Origin: Chiloscyllium plagiosum | Taxonomy: Eukaryota | Assembly: GCF_004010195.1 (NCBI RefSeq) | Contig: NC_057757.1 | Coordinates: 8,480,739-8,518,298 of the forward strand | Direction of reading: 5' to 3' | Length of the DNA stretch: 37,560 bases | Part shown: positions 35,710 through 37,560 of the stretch, in pieces | Position numbering within the stretch: position 1 is the first letter of the stretch | Layout: every line of letters starts with the position of its first letter | Translations under genes and position numbers: made by a program | The notes under the pieces: generated by a model | What the model was told of the DNA's origin: nothing | Database searches by the model: none | What the model saw: only the letters and a program-made list of their open reading frames with translations

Positions 35710-36016
35710 GCATGAGAAGCAGAAACAAGAGGCAAAAATAATGATAGCCACGGTTGATGAGGTAATAAAGAAAACGACAAAACTAAAAGGAGGAGGAAAC
35801 CGGAATGGTGGTGGGCAGCATATTGAAAATAAAGGGAGGAGAAGAGATTGGGGAGGAGATGTTAAGGGGTCTGGTAGACAGGAATAAGGATCAAAGTGGA
35901 AATCCCCACAGGCGGGATGTTATTACTATGGAAAGACAGGTCACTTTAAGAGAGAGTGTTCAGACCTGAAAAAGGAAGCAAAGGCAGTGCTGTTTATAAA
36001 CCTTGATGAAAAATAG

Positions 36017-36234
36017 GGGTGTCAGGGGTTCCTGCCCCCCCCGGCACCCACCAGGACTCCTTGATAAGTTTAAAGGTGGGACCTTATAAAGAGGACGTAG
36101 TTTTCCTAGTCGATACGGGGACAACAAGGTCATCGTTAAATTTTAAGCCCAAGGCAGTGGGAACGAAAGAGTTAATTGGATTATGGCGACAGTTTTGTGA
36201 TGAGAGGCACGAAGAATTAGTTTTGCGCTCATGA
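36017..36234 (+). pseudogene. pro: ERV aspartic protease N-terminal remnant, after the gag amber codon
   Basis: TAG GGG TGT CAG GGG junction, then, after a frameshift in a C8 run, LISLKVGPYKEDVVFLVDTGTTRSSL with DTG at 36112-36120. Confidence 0.85.
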
Positions 36235-36379
36235 CAAGATACTGCCACCAAATTGGGGATTGAATTAACTGCAAATGGTGCTATGAAATCTGTTGAGGGT
36301 CTGAACAATGAATGTGTTGAGCAAAACAATTACAGAAACAGAATGAGAAGTCACAAGTGACTGGTAAACAAACAGAACT

Positions 36380-36879
36380 NNNNNNNNNNNNNNNNNNNNN
36401 NNNNNNNNNNNNNNNNNNNNNNNNNNNNNNNNNNNNNNNNNNNNNNNNNNNNNNNNNNNNNNNNNNNNNNNNNNNNNNNNNNNNNNNNNNNNNNNNNNNN
36501 NNNNNNNNNNNNNNNNNNNNNNNNNNNNNNNNNNNNNNNNNNNNNNNNNNNNNNNNNNNNNNNNNNNNNNNNNNNNNNNNNNNNNNNNNNNNNNNNNNNN
36601 NNNNNNNNNNNNNNNNNNNNNNNNNNNNNNNNNNNNNNNNNNNNNNNNNNNNNNNNNNNNNNNNNNNNNNNNNNNNNNNNNNNNNNNNNNNNNNNNNNNN
36701 NNNNNNNNNNNNNNNNNNNNNNNNNNNNNNNNNNNNNNNNNNNNNNNNNNNNNNNNNNNNNNNNNNNNNNNNNNNNNNNNNNNNNNNNNNNNNNNNNNNN
36801 NNNNNNNNNNNNNNNNNNNNNNNNNNNNNNNNNNNNNNNNNNNNNNNNNNNNNNNNNNNNNNNNNNNNNNNNNNNNNNN
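36380..36879. other. Assembly gap (500 N)
   Basis: Run of 500 N. Confidence 1.
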
Positions 36880-37560
36880 ACTGATGTTCCCATCACTGTA
36901 TTCCCCACTATTAACACCCTTGGGGTCAGTATTGAAAAGAAACTGAATTGGACTTGCCAAAAAGCGCAATTTTTACAAAAACCTATTCGAGGCTTTGAAT
37001 ACTGGTAAAAGTAAGTCACCTCCTGACTCCCCACAATTTGTCCACCACCTACAAAGCACAAGTCCAGTGTGTGACAGAATGCTCGTCAAGAATGTGATGC
37101 TGGAAAAGCACAGCAGGTCAGGCAGCATCCGAGAAGCAGGAAAATCAACATTTTGGGCAATAGCCCTTCATCCGGAATCTGTGCCACAATGCTTCCCACT
37201 TGTCTGAATGAATGTAGCTCCACCAACAGTTAATAAGTTTGATACCATCCAGGACAAACCAGCTGCTTAGTTGGCACCACATCCATAAACACCCACTCCC
37301 TCCACCAGTGTTTCTCAGCAGCAGCAGTGTGGACCAGCTACAAGATGGACTGCAGAAATTCACCAAAGGTCCTCAGACAGCATCTTCCAAACCTACAAAC
37401 TCAATCATCCAGAAGGACAAGAGCAACAGATAGATGAGAACGGAAATCCCTGCACATTTACCTCAAGGCCACTCATCATCCTGACTTGGAAATATATCAC
37501 CGTCCCTTCACTTGGTCAGAATCCTGGAGCTCCCTCCCTAACAGCATTGTGGGTCTACCT
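36880..37560 (+). mobile_element. LINE (CR1/L2 group) ORF2 C-terminal and 3' region, same family as 8155-8520
   Basis: Decayed INTLGVSIEKKLNWT...YKAQV...KFDTIQDK motifs and clear homology with 8155-8420. Confidence 0.65.
37084..37179 (-). mobile_element. Penelope-like 3'-end fragment inserted in the LINE, with a diverged 14-bp TSD
   Basis: Homologous to the left arm of 28531-28623. Flanked by tgtgacagaatgct (37070-37083) and tgtgccacaatgct (37180-37193). Confidence 0.75.

Larger units (their letters stand above)
34243..36016 (+). pseudogene. gag: Class I ERV gag remnants (MA-like, CA C-terminal and NC zinc knuckle), deleted and interrupted
   Basis: MG-start MA-like ORFs at 34243-34356 (..ESPLGGMF) and 34487-34759 (DIPPASP..PKYGSDEDW..LNLY..PFCQEGSDYASC). 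The CA C-terminus LLRVHFVTKSWPDIQKKIQKIEG*SEKPPEELLLEAQKV is at about 34771-34890. EKQKQEAKIMIATV is near 35714. The knuckle C-YY-(Y)-GKTG-H-FKRE-C starts at 35918. TAG is at 36014-36016. Confidence 0.8.

Overview
Repeat-dense eukaryotic window, very probably from an elasmobranch (shark) assembly, judging by HE1-type V-SINEs, HER1/CR1 LINEs, shark-type Penelope ends and a shark-type GPR139-like receptor. It has two 500-N gaps and one 13-N gap. The only host gene is a minus-strand GPR139-like class A GPCR (exon 1 10955-10889, exon 2 9525-8577). Its second exon carries a diverged 47-bp tandem duplication that frameshifts it. The same duplication creates a GT..AG 50-nt segment (9077-9028) whose removal would restore a 321-aa 7TM ORF. 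About 15 kb (15638-27645 and 30710-33625) is a 48-bp satellite with higher-order duplications, a micro-inversion and TE insertions; nearly all ORF-track calls there are artefacts of a 16-codon unit open in five frames. At the right end is a decayed class I (gamma/epsilon-like) endogenous retrovirus with a 5' LTR, tRNA-Pro PBS, gag remnants, an amber stop with an MLV-type readthrough pseudoknot, and a DTG protease. Penelope-like ends carrying minimal hammerhead cores occur several times, including a 94-bp-arm palindromic insertion with a perfect 15-bp TSD. There are no prokaryotic systems or CRISPR arrays. Family assignments come from motif recognition, not database searches.
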